This document shows, one piece after another, positions 36,958-50,404 of a stretch of DNA of 64,000 nt. The stretch's first letter is position 1, and the number at the start of each line of letters is the position of its first letter. The DNA comes from Mobula hypostoma (taxonomy: Eukaryota). The position numbers and the translations under genes are program-made. The notes beneath the pieces were generated by a model that worked only from the letters and a program-made list of their open reading frames with translations, was not told where the DNA came from and searched no databases. The stretch spans positions 75,950,001 to 76,014,000 of the forward strand of contig NC_086097.1 in assembly GCF_963921235.1 (NCBI RefSeq), written 5' to 3'.

Positions 36958-39680
36958 TGAGTATGGTGCGACTAATGTCCTGAACTGCATATACTTCAAC
37001 ACAGGTAGTATCACAGGAAAGGCAGATGACCTCAGGTCATGGGTCAACACAGGGAACTATGATACTGTAGCCATTAATGAGACTTGGTTGCAGGAGGGGG
37101 AGCTCAATATTCCTGGGTTCCATTGATTTAGACGTGACAAAGGCGTAGCTTTACTAGTAAGGAAAATGTCACAGTAGTGCTCAGTCAGGACAGACTGGAG
37201 AACTCATCTAGTGAGATGTTATGGGTGGAATTGAGGAATAAGAAAGGTATGACCATGTTACTGGGGCTATATCACAGACCATCCAACAGTCCGTCAGATT
37301 TAGAAGAACAAATTTGTAGAGAGACCACAGACTGCTGCAAGAAACATAAGGTTGCTATAAAAGGCGATTTTAACTTTCCACATAATGACTGGGACTCCCT
37401 AACTGTGAAAGGACTAGATGAGATAGAGTTTGTCAAATCTGTTCAGGAAAGTTTCCTTAATCAGCACATAGATGTCCCACCAAGAAAGTGTGTGATATTT
37501 GATCTGCTATTAAGGAATGAGACAGGGCAGGTGACAGAAGTTTGTGTAGGGAAACACTTTGCCTCTGTTGGCCACTATGCCAATGGTTTTAAAGTAAATA
37601 TGTAATAAGATAGGTCTGGTCTGCAGGTTGAGATCCTTAATTGGAGGAAGCCCAGTTTTGATAGCAGCAGAAAGGATCTGGCAAGTGTGGACTGGAACAG
37701 GCTGTTTTCTGGCAAAGATGTACTTGGTAAGTGGGAGGCTTTCAAAAGTGATTTTTTGAGAGTACAACGCTTATATGTGCCTGTTAAAATAAAAGGTAAA
37801 GATAACAGGTTCAGGGAACCTTGGTTTTCAAGGGATATTGAGGCCCTGGTTAAGAAAAAAAAGGTGCTAAGCAGTTATAGGCAGATAGGAACAAATGAGG
37901 TGCTCATGGAGTATAAAAAAAATGCAAGAGAACACTTAAGAAAGAAATCGAGAGAGCTAAAAGAAGGCATGAGGTTGCCTTAGCAATAAGGTAAAAGAGA
38001 TTTCCAAGGGATTCTACAAAGATGTAAAGAGCAAAAGGATTGCAAGGGACAAAATTGGTCCTCTGGATGATCAGAACGGTAATCCATTTGTGGAGCCAAA
38101 ACATATGGGGGAGATCTTAAATGATATTTGCATCTGTATTTACTCAGGAGATTGACGCAGAGTCTATAGAAGTGAGGCAAAGTTGCATGAACTTCATGAA
38201 CCCTATACAGATTACAGTGTTTTCTGTCCTGAGGCAAATATGGATGGACAAATCCCTAGATCCTGAGAAGGTGTGCCCTCAGACCCTGTGGGAGGTGTGC
38301 AGAAGTTGCTGGGGTTCTAGCAGAGATATTTAAATCATCCTTAGTGACAGGTGAGGTACCAGAGGATTAGAAGATAGCCAGCATTGTTGCATTGCTTAAG
38401 AAAGACCAAAAATAAAGCAGGAAATTATAGGCCAGTGAGCCTGACGCCAGTAGTGGAAAGTTATTGGAAGGTCTGCTAAAGGACCAGATATATGAGTATT
38501 TGGGCAGACATGGATTGATTAGGGATAGTCAGCATGTATGGTAGATCATGTGTAACCAAACTTATAGAGTTTTTTGAGCAAGTTACCAGGAATGTTGATG
38601 AAGGCAAGAGAGTAGATATTGTCTACATGGACCTCAGCAAGGCATTTGACAAGGTCCGCATGAGAAGTTGGTCAGGAAGGTTCAGTCGCTTGGCATTCAA
38701 GATGAGGTAATAAGCTGGATTAGACATTGGCTTTGTGGGAGAAGTCAGACAGTGGTAGCCTTTCTGACTAGAGGAGTGTTGCAGGGATCAGTGCTAGTTC
38801 TGTTATTGTTTGTCATCTATATCAGTGATTTGCAGATGACACTACGATGAGGATGCAGTGGACAGCAAGGAAGACTCTCATGGCTTGCAGTAGATCTGGA
38901 TCAGCTGGAAAAATGGGCTGAAAATGGCAGATGGAATTTAATGCAGACAAGTGTGAGGTGTTGGACTTCGGTAGAACCAAGCAGGGTAGGGCTTACACAG
39001 TGAATGCAGGGGCACTGAGGAGTGCTGTAGAACAAAGCGATCTGGGGATACAGGTCCCTTTATTCATTGAAAGTGTACAGGAGATGGGATGTTATCTTAA
39101 AGTTGTATTAGATGTTAGAGGCCTAATTTGGAGTATTGGATGCAGTCTTAGTCACCTTCCTACAGGAAAGATGTAAATAAAGTTGAAAGAGTACAGAGAA
39201 AAATTACAATGATGTTGCTTGGACCGGAGGACCTGATTTAGAAGGGAAGATTGGATAGGTTAGGACTTTATTCCTTAGAACCTAGAAGATTGAGGGAACA
39301 ATAGTTCCAGGTATACAAATTATGAGGGGTATAGGTGAGGTAAATGCAAGCAGTCTTTTTCCCCCACTGAGGTTGTGTGGATCTTCACAAGAGGTCATGG
39401 GTTAAGGGTGAAAGGTGAAAAGTCTAAAGGGAACATGAGGGGAAACTTCTTCACTCAGAGGGTCGTGAGAGTACGGACTGAGCTGCTGCAAGTGGTGCAC
39501 GTTGAGCTCAAGTTCAATGTTTAAGAGAAGTTTGGATAGGTATATGGATGGTAGGGATATGGAGGGCTATATTCCCAGTGCAGGTTGATGGAAGTAGGCA
39601 GCGTAAGTGTGTTGGTATGGACTAGATTGGTCAGAGGGTCTGTTTCTGTGCTGTACTTTTCCATGACTCTATGACACTAT
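36958..39680 (+). mobile_element. CR1 LINE, ORF2 (APE endonuclease plus RT) to 3' end, inactivated
   Basis: LNCIYFN..SITGKADDL...VAINETWL, GDFNFP, DLLL, NYRPVSLT, YMDLSKAFDKV, GVLQGSVL, FNADKCEV, NFFTQRVV; tail (ACTCTATG)n; many frameshifts. Confidence 0.95.
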
Positions 39681-40559
39681 TGTCAATAATGCAGGTATGT
39701 AAAATGTTAATAATAAAGAAATAGGAGGAGGGAATTAGGGAAGCATAGACAAAGAAAGGTAAGGACTTTCTTTCCTTTAACATATGCAAACTATATTACT
39801 GTGAACAACTCCTATTTAATCCTGTTAGGAAAACTCTTGAAAATACTTCCTTGTTTGCAAAGATAATCTGACCCAATTCCAAATTATTTATTCATTCTTC
39901 TGCTTCTACTGTTACTATGCTGTGGTAAAGATACCATGCTTTCTGGATTCAGTCAGATAATATGACCTTTTCCATATTTGTTTAAGCAGAAGCTTGCAAA
40001 GGATATGGGGAAGTCAAAAGATGAACCTGCCATAAGCGTAAAACTAAGTAATTAAAATGTGAGAAGATTGGTACAGAGCATTTAATTTTCCATACATCTG
40101 AAATGCTCTTAAATAATTAATAGGTTAAAGAAATTCAATCAAAATGCTAAACTGATCGATAAAGAATAATTTGACAATACTGCTCTAAATTTTAAAAGAA
40201 AATATCTTTGATATAGTATTCCTTCATACCAGGTGTTTTACCAGTCCACATGTATCAGTTAATTTAGTTCTCTAATTAAAACTCACCTTCTGAACAAACC
40301 TCCACAACACATAGATAAAAATCAATTTCTCAGAATATTGAAACTAAATGTTTTTGATTGACAAAATGAATACTATTTCCTTTGTTGAACTAAATCTCTT
40401 GAATCATTAAATAACAGAAATTCATGGCAATGGAGAGAGGCCTTTCAGCACACATCCATGTCTGCCAAAAAGAGCTACTGCATTCTGATCAATAATATTT
40501 ACCACCTCTTGGTCGAATGCCTTGCTTGTTAAAAAAATAATATCGAATTAGTTGGCGTG

Positions 40560-41020
40560 CAACGAAGATTTATTAGACTAGTTTCTGGAAAAATGGTCTG
40601 CCATTAGGAGAGATCAAATGGACTGGGGTTGTATTTAAAAATGGGCTGGGGAGAAAAAGATATCTGTTCAAAATTTCAAAAAATCTGGATGCAAGGTGGA
40701 TGTTTCCCTTCACTGGGGAGAATAGAGGCAGGAGTACTTTTTATGAATAAGGGATAAGATTGTTTGGGACTGGGATGAGGGGAAATTTCTTCACTTGGAA
40801 GGTGATTAATCTTTGGAGTATTTACTTGGACATCTGTGGAAGCTCTGTCATTGCATTAATTCAAAATTGTGATCAACAGACTTCTGGCATTAAGGCGACC
40901 AGAGGAAATGGGAATAATGTTGTGAAATGTCATGGAAATAGAAGTTCAGGCATTATCTTCATGAATACTGAAGCAGGTTTGAAAGACTAGACAACCAACT
41001 CTGTGCTCATTTCTTATGAT
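40560..41020 (+). mobile_element. Old CR1 3' fragment
   Basis: FGTGMRGNFFTWKVINLWS followed by a CR1-like 3' UTR ending TTCTTATG. Confidence 0.7.
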
Positions 41021-41511
41021 CAGATATGCTGTATTGGTTGTTAACAGAACAAGGAGAGATCAACTGACTTACAAATAGAAGTTGCTTACTTATGTGTAGA
41101 ATGATGTCAAGCTATACCATGTGAATGACAAAGGACACTAAGGTGTATCACTGAAGTTATATAGTAGACAACATTGTAATAGTCGACACAATTTAGGACA
41201 ATAACAGGACAAATGAAAATAGCAGTGACATTCCTTGAGTTGGAGCATATAGAAAAAGTGATCAAAGAAGACCAAGGATAATAGAAGAACATAAAAGGAA
41301 TTGATGATTGCAGTCAAAGTAGATTCAATGCTGTAGGCCAGTCAGGATTTAAATTTAATGGAAACAAGTGTCCAGATTTTTCTGAAAGCAGTGAAGATAT
41401 TTGCCACCAACTTCAAAGAAAAATATCCATTAACATCTGGCAACATCTATAGCATGAAGCTCTCCTTTCCTACAGTGCATTCATTCTGGTGGCAGTAAGA
41501 TGGGATCTATA

Positions 41512-41692
41512 GACACAAGAGATTCTCCAGATGCTGGAAAGCCAGAGCAACACACAAAATACTGTAGAATTCAGCAGTCAGGCAGCATCTAAGAAAAGGA
41601 ATAAACAGTTGATATTTCTGGCTGAGACCCTTCATTAGGACTGGTGAAGGGTCTCAGGCCCAAATATCGATTATTCATTCCTTTCCAAAGAT
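41512..41692. repeat. Palindromic Penelope-derived mini-element
   Basis: ACACAAGAGATTCTCCAGATGCTGG head; inverted GAGACCCTTCA / TGAAGGGTCTC core. Confidence 0.7.
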
Positions 41693-42764
41693 TGGCTGTA
41701 TATTGTTCAGCACCCATGATATTAAGTAGGCCAAACAACTTCAGATGGAAGAGATCTCATTGACCACAATCCAGAAAGTATAAGCTTTAATTTTAAACAT
41801 GCCCATTCAGAGAACTTACTGAGAGAAAAATAAAGACTAAGTCATACAAACAAGGTCAAGGTAGAAACTGTAATATCATTAACAAGTTTTCAAATAGATA
41901 CTTTTAAAAAGTAATTGAAGTTTGATGTCCAATGGAACTGATCATCATGTATAAAATTGCATTTTACAGATAGAAATGACAAGTGGTAATTATAACTTGG
42001 TGCTCCATAAAAATCTCAATACCAGCTCATGCAAGTGTAATATTTTCAATGCTATTATTACAGTCAGAAATAGTCAAGAGTGAAATCTAAATACGCAACA
42101 TCTTTACACATTAGAATTTTTTACAAATCATATGGGAAAAGACTGGCCACTAGGTGACTGATGGGAAATCGTTGACAGCTTCTGATGGTCCACAAGGAAC
42201 TCTGTGCACATTAAAAAACTACTGTTGTCACATTTCCTGCACAATGACCAGAATGGCTCACCTAAATGAGCTACTAAATCAAACCAATCTCCATCATTGG
42301 AATGCGGATTCACCGTGAGCATAGAGATGAGTTATTGTGTATATCTTTTCCACAGCTCATCAGTCAAGATCCACAAACTTATATTTAAAATCCATTGGTA
42401 CTTAAGTGTTTTGGTAAGCATCTCCAGTTAAAAAAAATCATTGGGAACAACCTACGGTTTCTACTATTGCCTGAGGATACATCCTTGCAAACAGGAAAAT
42501 TCCAATTTGATTGAGAAAGCTTACTTAATTATATCCTTCTGTACAATCTTTCTTCCTATTGTGTGTATAGTTTCTTTTTGTCTGGATACTTGAAGTTGGC
42601 TGTTTTTTTTTATTTTGGTCTTTACTTAAAATGATAAACATGGGCTATTTTATGACCATTTTTAGGACAAATTGGATGTGCAATTGTATGCATTGTTTCA
42701 ATTAACATGTCTTTATTAAAGTTTATCAAAACTATCTTGATGATTTGAATATTAATACCTGTCA

Positions 42765-43388
42765 AGCAAACTTGCTCCATCTGCCACAAAAGGCGGGATT
42801 TCTCGGTGGTCTCCCATTTAAATACCACATCAAATTTTCATTCCAACATTTTGGCCCATGACCTCCTCTACTGCCCAATGAGGCTACGCTCAAAATGGAG
42901 TATTAACATCTCATAGTCTGTTTGGGTAGCCTCCAAACTGATGGCATGAAAATCGATTTATTCCGGTAATTTCTCCCCTTACTCCTTTTCTCTTTTTCTA
43001 TTCACTATTCTGGGTTTCCTCTCACCCCTTCTCCTCCCCTGCCCATCACCTCCCTCTGGTGCCTTCTCTTTCCCTTTTTTCTCCTCTCCTATCAGATTTC
43101 TTCTTCTTCTGCCCTTTACCTCTTCCAGCTTCTTGCTTCATCCCCCCCCCCCACCCACTCATCTACCCCCTCACATGGTTTCACCTATCACCTGCCAACT
43201 GGTACACCCTCCCTTCTCTCCAACCTTCTTATCCTGGCTTCTTCCCCCTTCCTTTCCAGTCCTGATAAAGGGCCTTGACCTGAAATGTTGATTGTTCATT
43301 CCTTGTTGTAGATGCTGCCTGACCTCCAGTACTCTGTGTGTATGCACGTGTGTGCTGCTTAAGACATGAAACATCTGCAAAATCTCTC
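42765..43388 (+). mobile_element. Penelope-like element 3' end
   Basis: EATLKMEY.HLIVCLGSLQTDGMKID GIY-YIG tail, pyrimidine-rich UTR, and CAGTC-CTGATAA...GAAA motif at 43257-43294. Confidence 0.85.
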
Positions 43389-44260
43389 ATGTTTATGGTT
43401 AATATTTGTATCAAAGATTGGGAGATTGTTAAGAAAGTACCATCCTTCTCAACTTAAAAAAAAATTATTTCTCTTCCCACAGTTAGTGCCTGATCTGCTG
43501 ATATTTACAGGAATTTTGTTTTAATTTTGATCTTGTAAGCTGCTCTGGAAAGGTCAATTGAATGATCCTTTACAGAATTACCAGATACAATATTTCTGAT
43601 GATTTCATGTTTTGGCTCATTATTGATAAAATGTGGTGTAATTGAAAATTTCTCAGGAGCATTGCTTTATGATGTTAGCTGTGAAAGGACGCATCTCTGG
43701 TAGAGCATAATTAGATTGTGCTAAGATTTTTTTTAAAATAGAGACTAACCTAAGTATCAAGAAAGTCTGAACAACTGGGTTTCCTGCTCAAGAGTGAAAA
43801 GACAGTCCACATTCATAAACAACAGGAATTCTGCAGATGCCTAAAACGTCGACTGCACCTCTTCCTACAGATGCTGCCTGGCCTGCCACATTCATAACCT
43901 CAGTTGTGGGATTTTTCCATTTCCAATCTGAGATGTCATAAGGCAGATTGGATAGAGGCTGGCAATAGTGATGTTAATCAGCATGGCTGCTCAACCTAGC
44001 AAAATTAACAAGTCTTATAGGAAACCAGGAAGTAAAAACAAAAAATTATATAACCCTTCAAATTAAAAACATACATACAGATGTTTAAGGCAGGAACAGA
44101 AATGTTATTGGCCCATTTCAAAATAAGTAATTATTAATTACTTAAATACAAATAATTTGTTTTTCATGTCGTATAAGGTAGAAGTCTGCTCTACTGACTA
44201 CATTTCCAATAGTTCATGATATAGAATTCCTCTATCACAGGCAGGTCTTTCTGTGCCAGT

Positions 44261-46830
44261 CTCCTTCTCTGTAATCTGTACAGGGTTCATGAAATTGATG
44301 CCGCTTTGACTCACTTCTATAGACTCTGTGTCCATCTCCTGAGTAGATAAAAAAAAATTATTTAAGATCTCCCCCATCTGTTTTGGCTCCACACATGGAT
44401 TACCATTCTGATCTCCCAGAGGACCAATTTTGTCCCTTGCAATCCTTTTGCTCTTAACATCTTTGTAGAATCCCTTTGGATTCTTCTTTACTTTGTCTGT
44501 TAGAGCCTTCTTTTAGCCCTCCTGATAATTTTCTTCAGTGTTCTCTTGCATTTCTTATACTCTGTAAGTGCCTCATCTGTGCTCACCTGCCTACACAACG
44601 TCTTTTTTCTCTTAACCAAGGCCTCAATAACTCTTGAAAGCCTGGTATGCTACATTTGTTATCCAAACCTTTCGTTCTGACAGGCACATACATGCTTTGT
44701 ACTCTCAACATTTCACTTTGGAAGGCCTCGCACTTACCAAGTACACCTTTGCCATAATACAGACTTTCCCAAACCACACTTGACGATCATTTCTGATACC
44801 ATCAAAACTAGCTTTTCTATAATTTAGAATCTCAGCCTGCAGACCAGACCTATCTTTTTGCATATTTACTTTAAATTTAATGGCACTGTGGCCACAAGAT
44901 GCAAAGCGTTCCCCTACACAAACTTTTGTCGCCTGCCCTGTCTCATTCCCTAATAGCAGATCCAGTGTCACACACTCTGTCACTGGGACTCCTATGTACT
45001 GATTAAAGAAACTTTCCTGAACACCTCTGACAAATTCTGTCCCATCTAGTCCTTTTCCAGTATGGGAGTCCCAATCAATATGTGAAAGTTAAAATCACCT
45101 ACTGTAACAACCTTACGTTCCTTGCAACAGTCTGCGATCTCTACTAATTTTATCCTTTAAATCCCTCGGACTGTTGGGTGATCTGTAACATGGTCACTCC
45201 TTTCGTACTTCTCAGTTCCACCCATAATGCCTAACTAGATGAGTTCCCTAGTCTGTCTTGATGGAGCAATGCTGTGATATTTTCCTGACTAGTAATGTCA
45301 CCCTGCATCCTCTAACCCCTCCACTCTGACACCTCTAAAACAACGAAACCCTGGAATATTGAGCTGGCAGACCTGCCCCTCCTGCAATCAAGTCTCACTA
45401 ATGGCTACATCATAATTCCAGGTGTTGATCCATGCCCTGAGCTCATCTGCCTTTCCTACAATATTTCTTGCATTGAAATATACACAGCTCAGGACACTAG
45501 TCGCACCATCTTCAACCATTTGATTCCTGACTTTGTCTGAGGTCTTACCAAAATCTGTCTCCACAATCTCTCTACTAACTGTTCTGGCACTCTGGTTCCC
45601 ATCCCACTGCAACTCTACTTTAAACCCAACAATTCAGCAAACCTTCCCGCTTTATATTAGTCCCCCTCCAGTTCAGATGCGTCTGTTCTGTACAGGTCCA
45701 CCTTCCCTGGAAGACAGCCCAATGATCCAAAAACCTTATGCCCTCCCTCCTACACCAACTCCTTAGCCACATACTAAACTGCATAATCTTCCAGTTCTAG
45801 CCTCATTAGCACATGGCATGGGTAGCCTGGAGGTCCTGCCATTTAACTTAGCACCTAACTCCCTGAACTCCTTTTGCAAAATCTCGTCACTCATCCTACC
45901 CATGTCATTGGTACCTGCATGGATCACCACCTCTGGCTGTTCACCCTCACACGTAAGAATGCTGAGGACTCGATCCAAGACGTTCCGGATTCCAACACCC
46001 GGGAGTCAACATACCATCCAGGAATCTCGTTCTTGACCATAGAACCTCTTTTCTGTTCCCCTAACTAATGAAGCACTATCACCACAACTTGCCTCTTCTC
46101 CCTCCTTCGCTTCTGAGTCACAGAGCCAAACTCAGTACCTGAGACCCAACTGTTGTGACTTTCATCTGCTAGGCAACCCCCTATGGTATCCAAAGAATCC
46201 ATATACCTGTTGTTGAGAGTGGTGACAACTGGGGTATTGTGTACGGGCTCCTTAACCCCTGTCCCCTTCCTGACTGTCTTCCAGTTTCCTGTGTCCTGCA
46301 CCTTGGGTGTAACTACCTCTCTATATGTCTTATCTATCAGCCCTTCAGCCTGCTGAATGATCTGGAGTTCATTCAGTTCTAGCTTCAACTCCTTAATGTG
46401 GATTGCTAGAAGCCGCAGCTGGATGCACTTTTCATGGGTGTAGTTGTTAGGGACACTGGAGGTCCACTCATCTTCCCACATCACACAAGAGGAGCATTCC
46501 ACCATCCCGCCTGGCATCTCTACTGTCCTAACTGAGAAAATGTAAAGGGGGGGGAATCCTCTACCTACAGCATCTGCTTTTGCCTTCTCTGAGTGAAGAC
46601 CTAAAGCCTCAAAATCTCCACTCTGTCTCTGTCCACTCCAACGATAGTCGCACTTCTTGCCCACCTTACTCTAATTTGTTTTTGCTAATCAATCCAAACT
46701 GCCGATTAGCCGATAGTCAAAGTCCCAAAAAAAAACCTGCTGTGAGTCACTGCCTTTAATAGTCAGTTACTGAACCTGAGTGAAGTATGTCCTGTCAAGC
46801 TTCTGATCTCTCCAATTGGTGACTGGTCAA
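44261..46830 (-). mobile_element. CR1 5' half: 5' UTR, ORF1 (zinc finger / leucine zipper / SGNH esterase), ORF2 endonuclease and tether
   Basis: MVECSSCVMWE...EKCIQLRLLAIHIKELKLELNEL; PEVVIHAGTNDMGR; VLSCVYFNARNIVGKADELRAW...VAISET; TLDLLLGNE; ends at MNPVQITEKE. Confidence 0.93.
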
Positions 46831-46833
46831 AGA

Positions 46834-48058
46834 GACAGGAGAGGTACCAGAGGATTGGAGGATAGCCAATATTGTTCTGCTGTTTAAAAAAGGCTCTAAA
46901 CATAATCCAGGAAATTATAGGCCAATGAGTCTGACATCAGTTGTGGGCAAGTTATTCTAAGGGACCAGATATATGAGTATTTCGATTGACATGGACTGAT
47001 TAATGATAGTCAGCATGGCTTCGTGCACGATAGGTCATGTCTAACCAATCTTCTAGGGTTTTTCGAGAAAGTTACCAGGAAAGTGGATGAAGGCAAGGCA
47101 GTGGATGTTATCTAAATGGACTTCAGCAAGGCATGGAGGTTGTTCAAGAAGGTTCAATCACTTGGCATTCAAAGTGAGGTAGTAAATTGGATTAGACATT
47201 GGCTTTGTGGGAGAAGCCAAAGAGTGGCAGTAGATGGTTACTTCTTTGACTAGAGGCCCGTGACTCATGGTATGCTGCAGTGATCGGAACTGGGTCCATT
47301 GTTGTTTGTCATCTATATCAATGGTTTGGATGATAGTGTGGTTAACTGGATCAGCAAATTTGCAGATGACACCAAGATTGGGGTGTAGTGGACAGCAAGG
47401 AAAGTTAACATGGCTTGCAGAGGGATCTGCATCAGCTGGAAAAATGGGCTGAAAAAGCAGATGGAATTTAAAGCAGACAAGTGCTAGGTTTGCATGTTGG
47501 TAGGACCAACCAGGGTTGGTCTTACACAGTGAAGAGTAGAGCACTGAGGAGTGTAGTACTACAAAGGGAACAGGGAATACAGGTCTATAATTTGTTGAAA
47601 GTGGTGTCACAGGAAGATAGGGTCGTAAAGAAAGCTTTTGGCTCATTGGCCTTCATAAATCAATGTACTGGGTACGGAAGATGGGATGTTATGTTAAAGT
47701 TGTATAAGAGATTGCTGAGGCCCAATTTGGAGTATTGAAACAGGCTTTTTCCACTGAGGTTGGGTGGGACTACAGCCAGAGGTCATAGGTTAAGGGCAAA
47801 AGGTGAAAAGTTTGAGGGGAACTTGAAGGGAAACTTCTTCATTCAGAGGGTCATGAGAATTTGGAATGAGCTGCCAGCACAAGTGGTGCATGCGAGCTTG
47901 ATTACAATGTTTAAGCCAAGTTTGGATAGGTACATGGATAGTAGGGGCATGGAGGACTATGTTCCCGGTGCAAGTCGAAGGGAGCAGGCAGTTTAAATGG
48001 TTCCACAAGGCCTAGTTGGGCTGAAGAGCCTGTTTACAAGCTGTACTCTATGACTCTA
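46834..48058 (+). mobile_element. CR1 3' half (RT to 3' end, internal deletion about 47737)
   Basis: Starts at TGEVPEDWRIANIVLLFKKG..NPGNYRPMSLT, includes SKFADDTKI and NFFIQRVMRIWNELP, and ends ACTCTATGACTCTA. Confidence 0.93.
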
Positions 48059-48394
48059 TTGAATGAGTTCTGATGGGGAAGTACTCAGCCCATGAAAATG
48101 CCATCACAGACAAATCTAACATCTGACAGCTATACAGTTTAATGTTGTAGTAGGGTCTACTATACAAGAATGAAGTCCAAAAACTGATGCTTTCTCTGCA
48201 TCACCATCAATACTTTACTGATAATGCAACTTGGGGTTACAGTTCATAACTTTTATCATGGGTGAACTTAGATTTTGTTTCTGGGTATCATAGTTATAAA
48301 ATTTTAATATGTACATCAAGTAGTTTGAGAATACAATTATTTTTCTTATTTCTCTATGACAAGTTGCATTTTCTTACCAAAGATAGAAACAACA

Positions 48395-48778
48395 CATTTC
48401 CTAGCCTCCTCACTTTCAAGAGGCAACGCCTCAAAAAGGCTGCTTCCAACATTAAGAACCCTATAATCCAGCATCTACCCTCTTCTTATTGCTACCTGCA
48501 AGGAGGTGGTACAGGAGCCTGAAGACATGCATACACGATGTTTTAGTAGCAGCTTCTTCCCCTCCACCATCAGACTTCTGAATGGGCAATGAATACATCA
48601 ACACTACCTCACTATTCCGTTTCCTCTCTCTTTTTTGCACTACTTACTTTATCTAATTTTTATATATACATCTTATTGAAATTTATAGTTTTTTATTATG
48701 TATTGCAATGTACTGCTGCTGCAAAACAACAAATTGCACGACAAATACCAGTGATATTAAACCTGATTCTGATTCAAT
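48395..48778 (+). mobile_element. Rex1/Babar 3' fragment
   Basis: RLKKAASNIKNP...GRWYRSL; tail GTGATATTAAACCTGATTCTGATTC. Confidence 0.8.
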
Positions 48779-49727
48779 TTGTTGTGCTGTTGCCTTAAAG
48801 TTTCATGCATCATGCCATCAAATAGTGTCCTCTCAGACAAGGATGAATTTACTTTTAAATAAAAATGTTAAGAAAAAAACTTAAGGTGAAGTTTGAATTA
48901 TATTTTCTGACTTAATTTGTGAATGTACCATAAAAATAAAATCACAATTTATTTCTCTACAGATCATTTGCCTAGTTCCAGTTCTGTTTCAGTTTGCTTT
49001 GATTATTTGATGAGATGCAAACGATTCAGTCATTTACAAATGAATTCATGTTACTGTTAATATCTCTCCACAACAAGATTATAAATTGGCAATATTGAAA
49101 GCTATACCGATAAAAGTTTCAAATCTAGCTACTTTCTGCAGTCCGTTGTCCAGAGAGTCATCAAGTTTAATACGCTGCTAAATTTAATTTGCTTTTCTCC
49201 ACATTCAATTATTTACTTATGAAGGATTTGGATGAGGGTATAAGCAGACAATACTGAACTTATCACCAGTTTACATGCCACTCAATTTTCATTTCAATTG
49301 TATAAAAGGAGGAAAATAAAATCAGGTGTATGATGCCCAATCAATGTCAATCATTTCACACTACAAGTTAAAACGGTTAGTTTCTGAAACACAGTGCTTT
49401 GTGCACACGCTGCCACTCAGTCTTCACCCGAGTAACAAAGGTTCTGGATAGCATGCACGAGAAGGATGCTAGCTTTTCTTGTTTTCCCTACTCCAAGAAG
49501 GCATTGTAGGAATGTTGTGACTGTAATTGAAGTCGCCGGAGAGACTCTGAAGCTGGTGACACAGAAGTCTTTAATTGTCACAACAAGCAGGCATCATTCT
49601 GGACTCACTCTTGGTGGAGGCTCTTAACCTCAAAGTACATCATATTTTTATACCCTTAAGGTCAATGATAACGGTAGGTGATTCAATACAGTTTCAATAG
49701 TTACAATGACATCATTTACTTTAATAC

Positions 49728-49901
49728 AACACACACAAAATGCTGGAGGAACTCAGCAGGCCAAGCAGCATCTATGGGAAACAGTACGCTCAACTGTTTA
49801 CTCTTTTCTATAGAAGCTGCCTGGCCTGCTGAGTTCCTCTAGCATTTTGTGTGTGTTGCTTGGATTTCCAGCATCTACAGATGTTCTCTTTTTTATGATT
49901 G
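49728..49901. mobile_element. Palindromic Penelope-derived mini-element inserted in the 3' LTR
   Basis: 14-bp TSD ATTTACTTTAATAC (49714-49727 and 49902-49915); about 58-bp inverted arms (49728-49786 / 49799-49857); absent from the 5' LTR. Confidence 0.9.
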
Positions 49902-50319
49902 ATTTACTTTAATACTTCGGGTTGACAATGCTTCCTTCGAATTATAGATCTACACTGGGAGATCTGAATGTTCAAATACCTTTGCTAATTGCAAGCTTCC
50001 CTGAATTTATTTTCAGTAGTGCAAATTACTTAAATACAGAGCTTCCTGGATTGCTACGGGGCAATTAGCATAACCCCATGGTTACCATTTGCAAACCATA
50101 TATCTTCCTCTTGGTCCAGTTTAACTTCAATTTACTACTCGCTATTTACTATAACAACTGAAGACTGGTTCCACTTTAAATTAATATCTGCTATATTCAT
50201 ATCACTCCAGAATATTTCCTAACACACTCTCCTCTTGGCCCCTGCATAGAAATTTACTGCAGGAAGGCCAAACTTTAAGCAGGGTCTAATTAAGTAGGAT
50301 AGCAAAAATCCCTTCCCCA

Positions 50320-50372
50320 ATATCTACACCATCATCTATATCTATATCTATATCTATACCATCTACACCATC
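50320..50372. repeat. (ATCTAT)n microsatellite with flanking ATCTACACCATC repeats
   Basis: atctatatctatatctatatctata. Confidence 0.8.
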
Positions 50373-50404
50373 ATCTCTAACTGGCTACCTACAACATTAA
50401 ACAG

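Noticed and set aside
42262-42322. Alternative first exon (ATG...TTAG|GTGAG on the minus strand)
   Set aside because: Phase 1, no homology and no promoter features; 21689-21640 fits much better.
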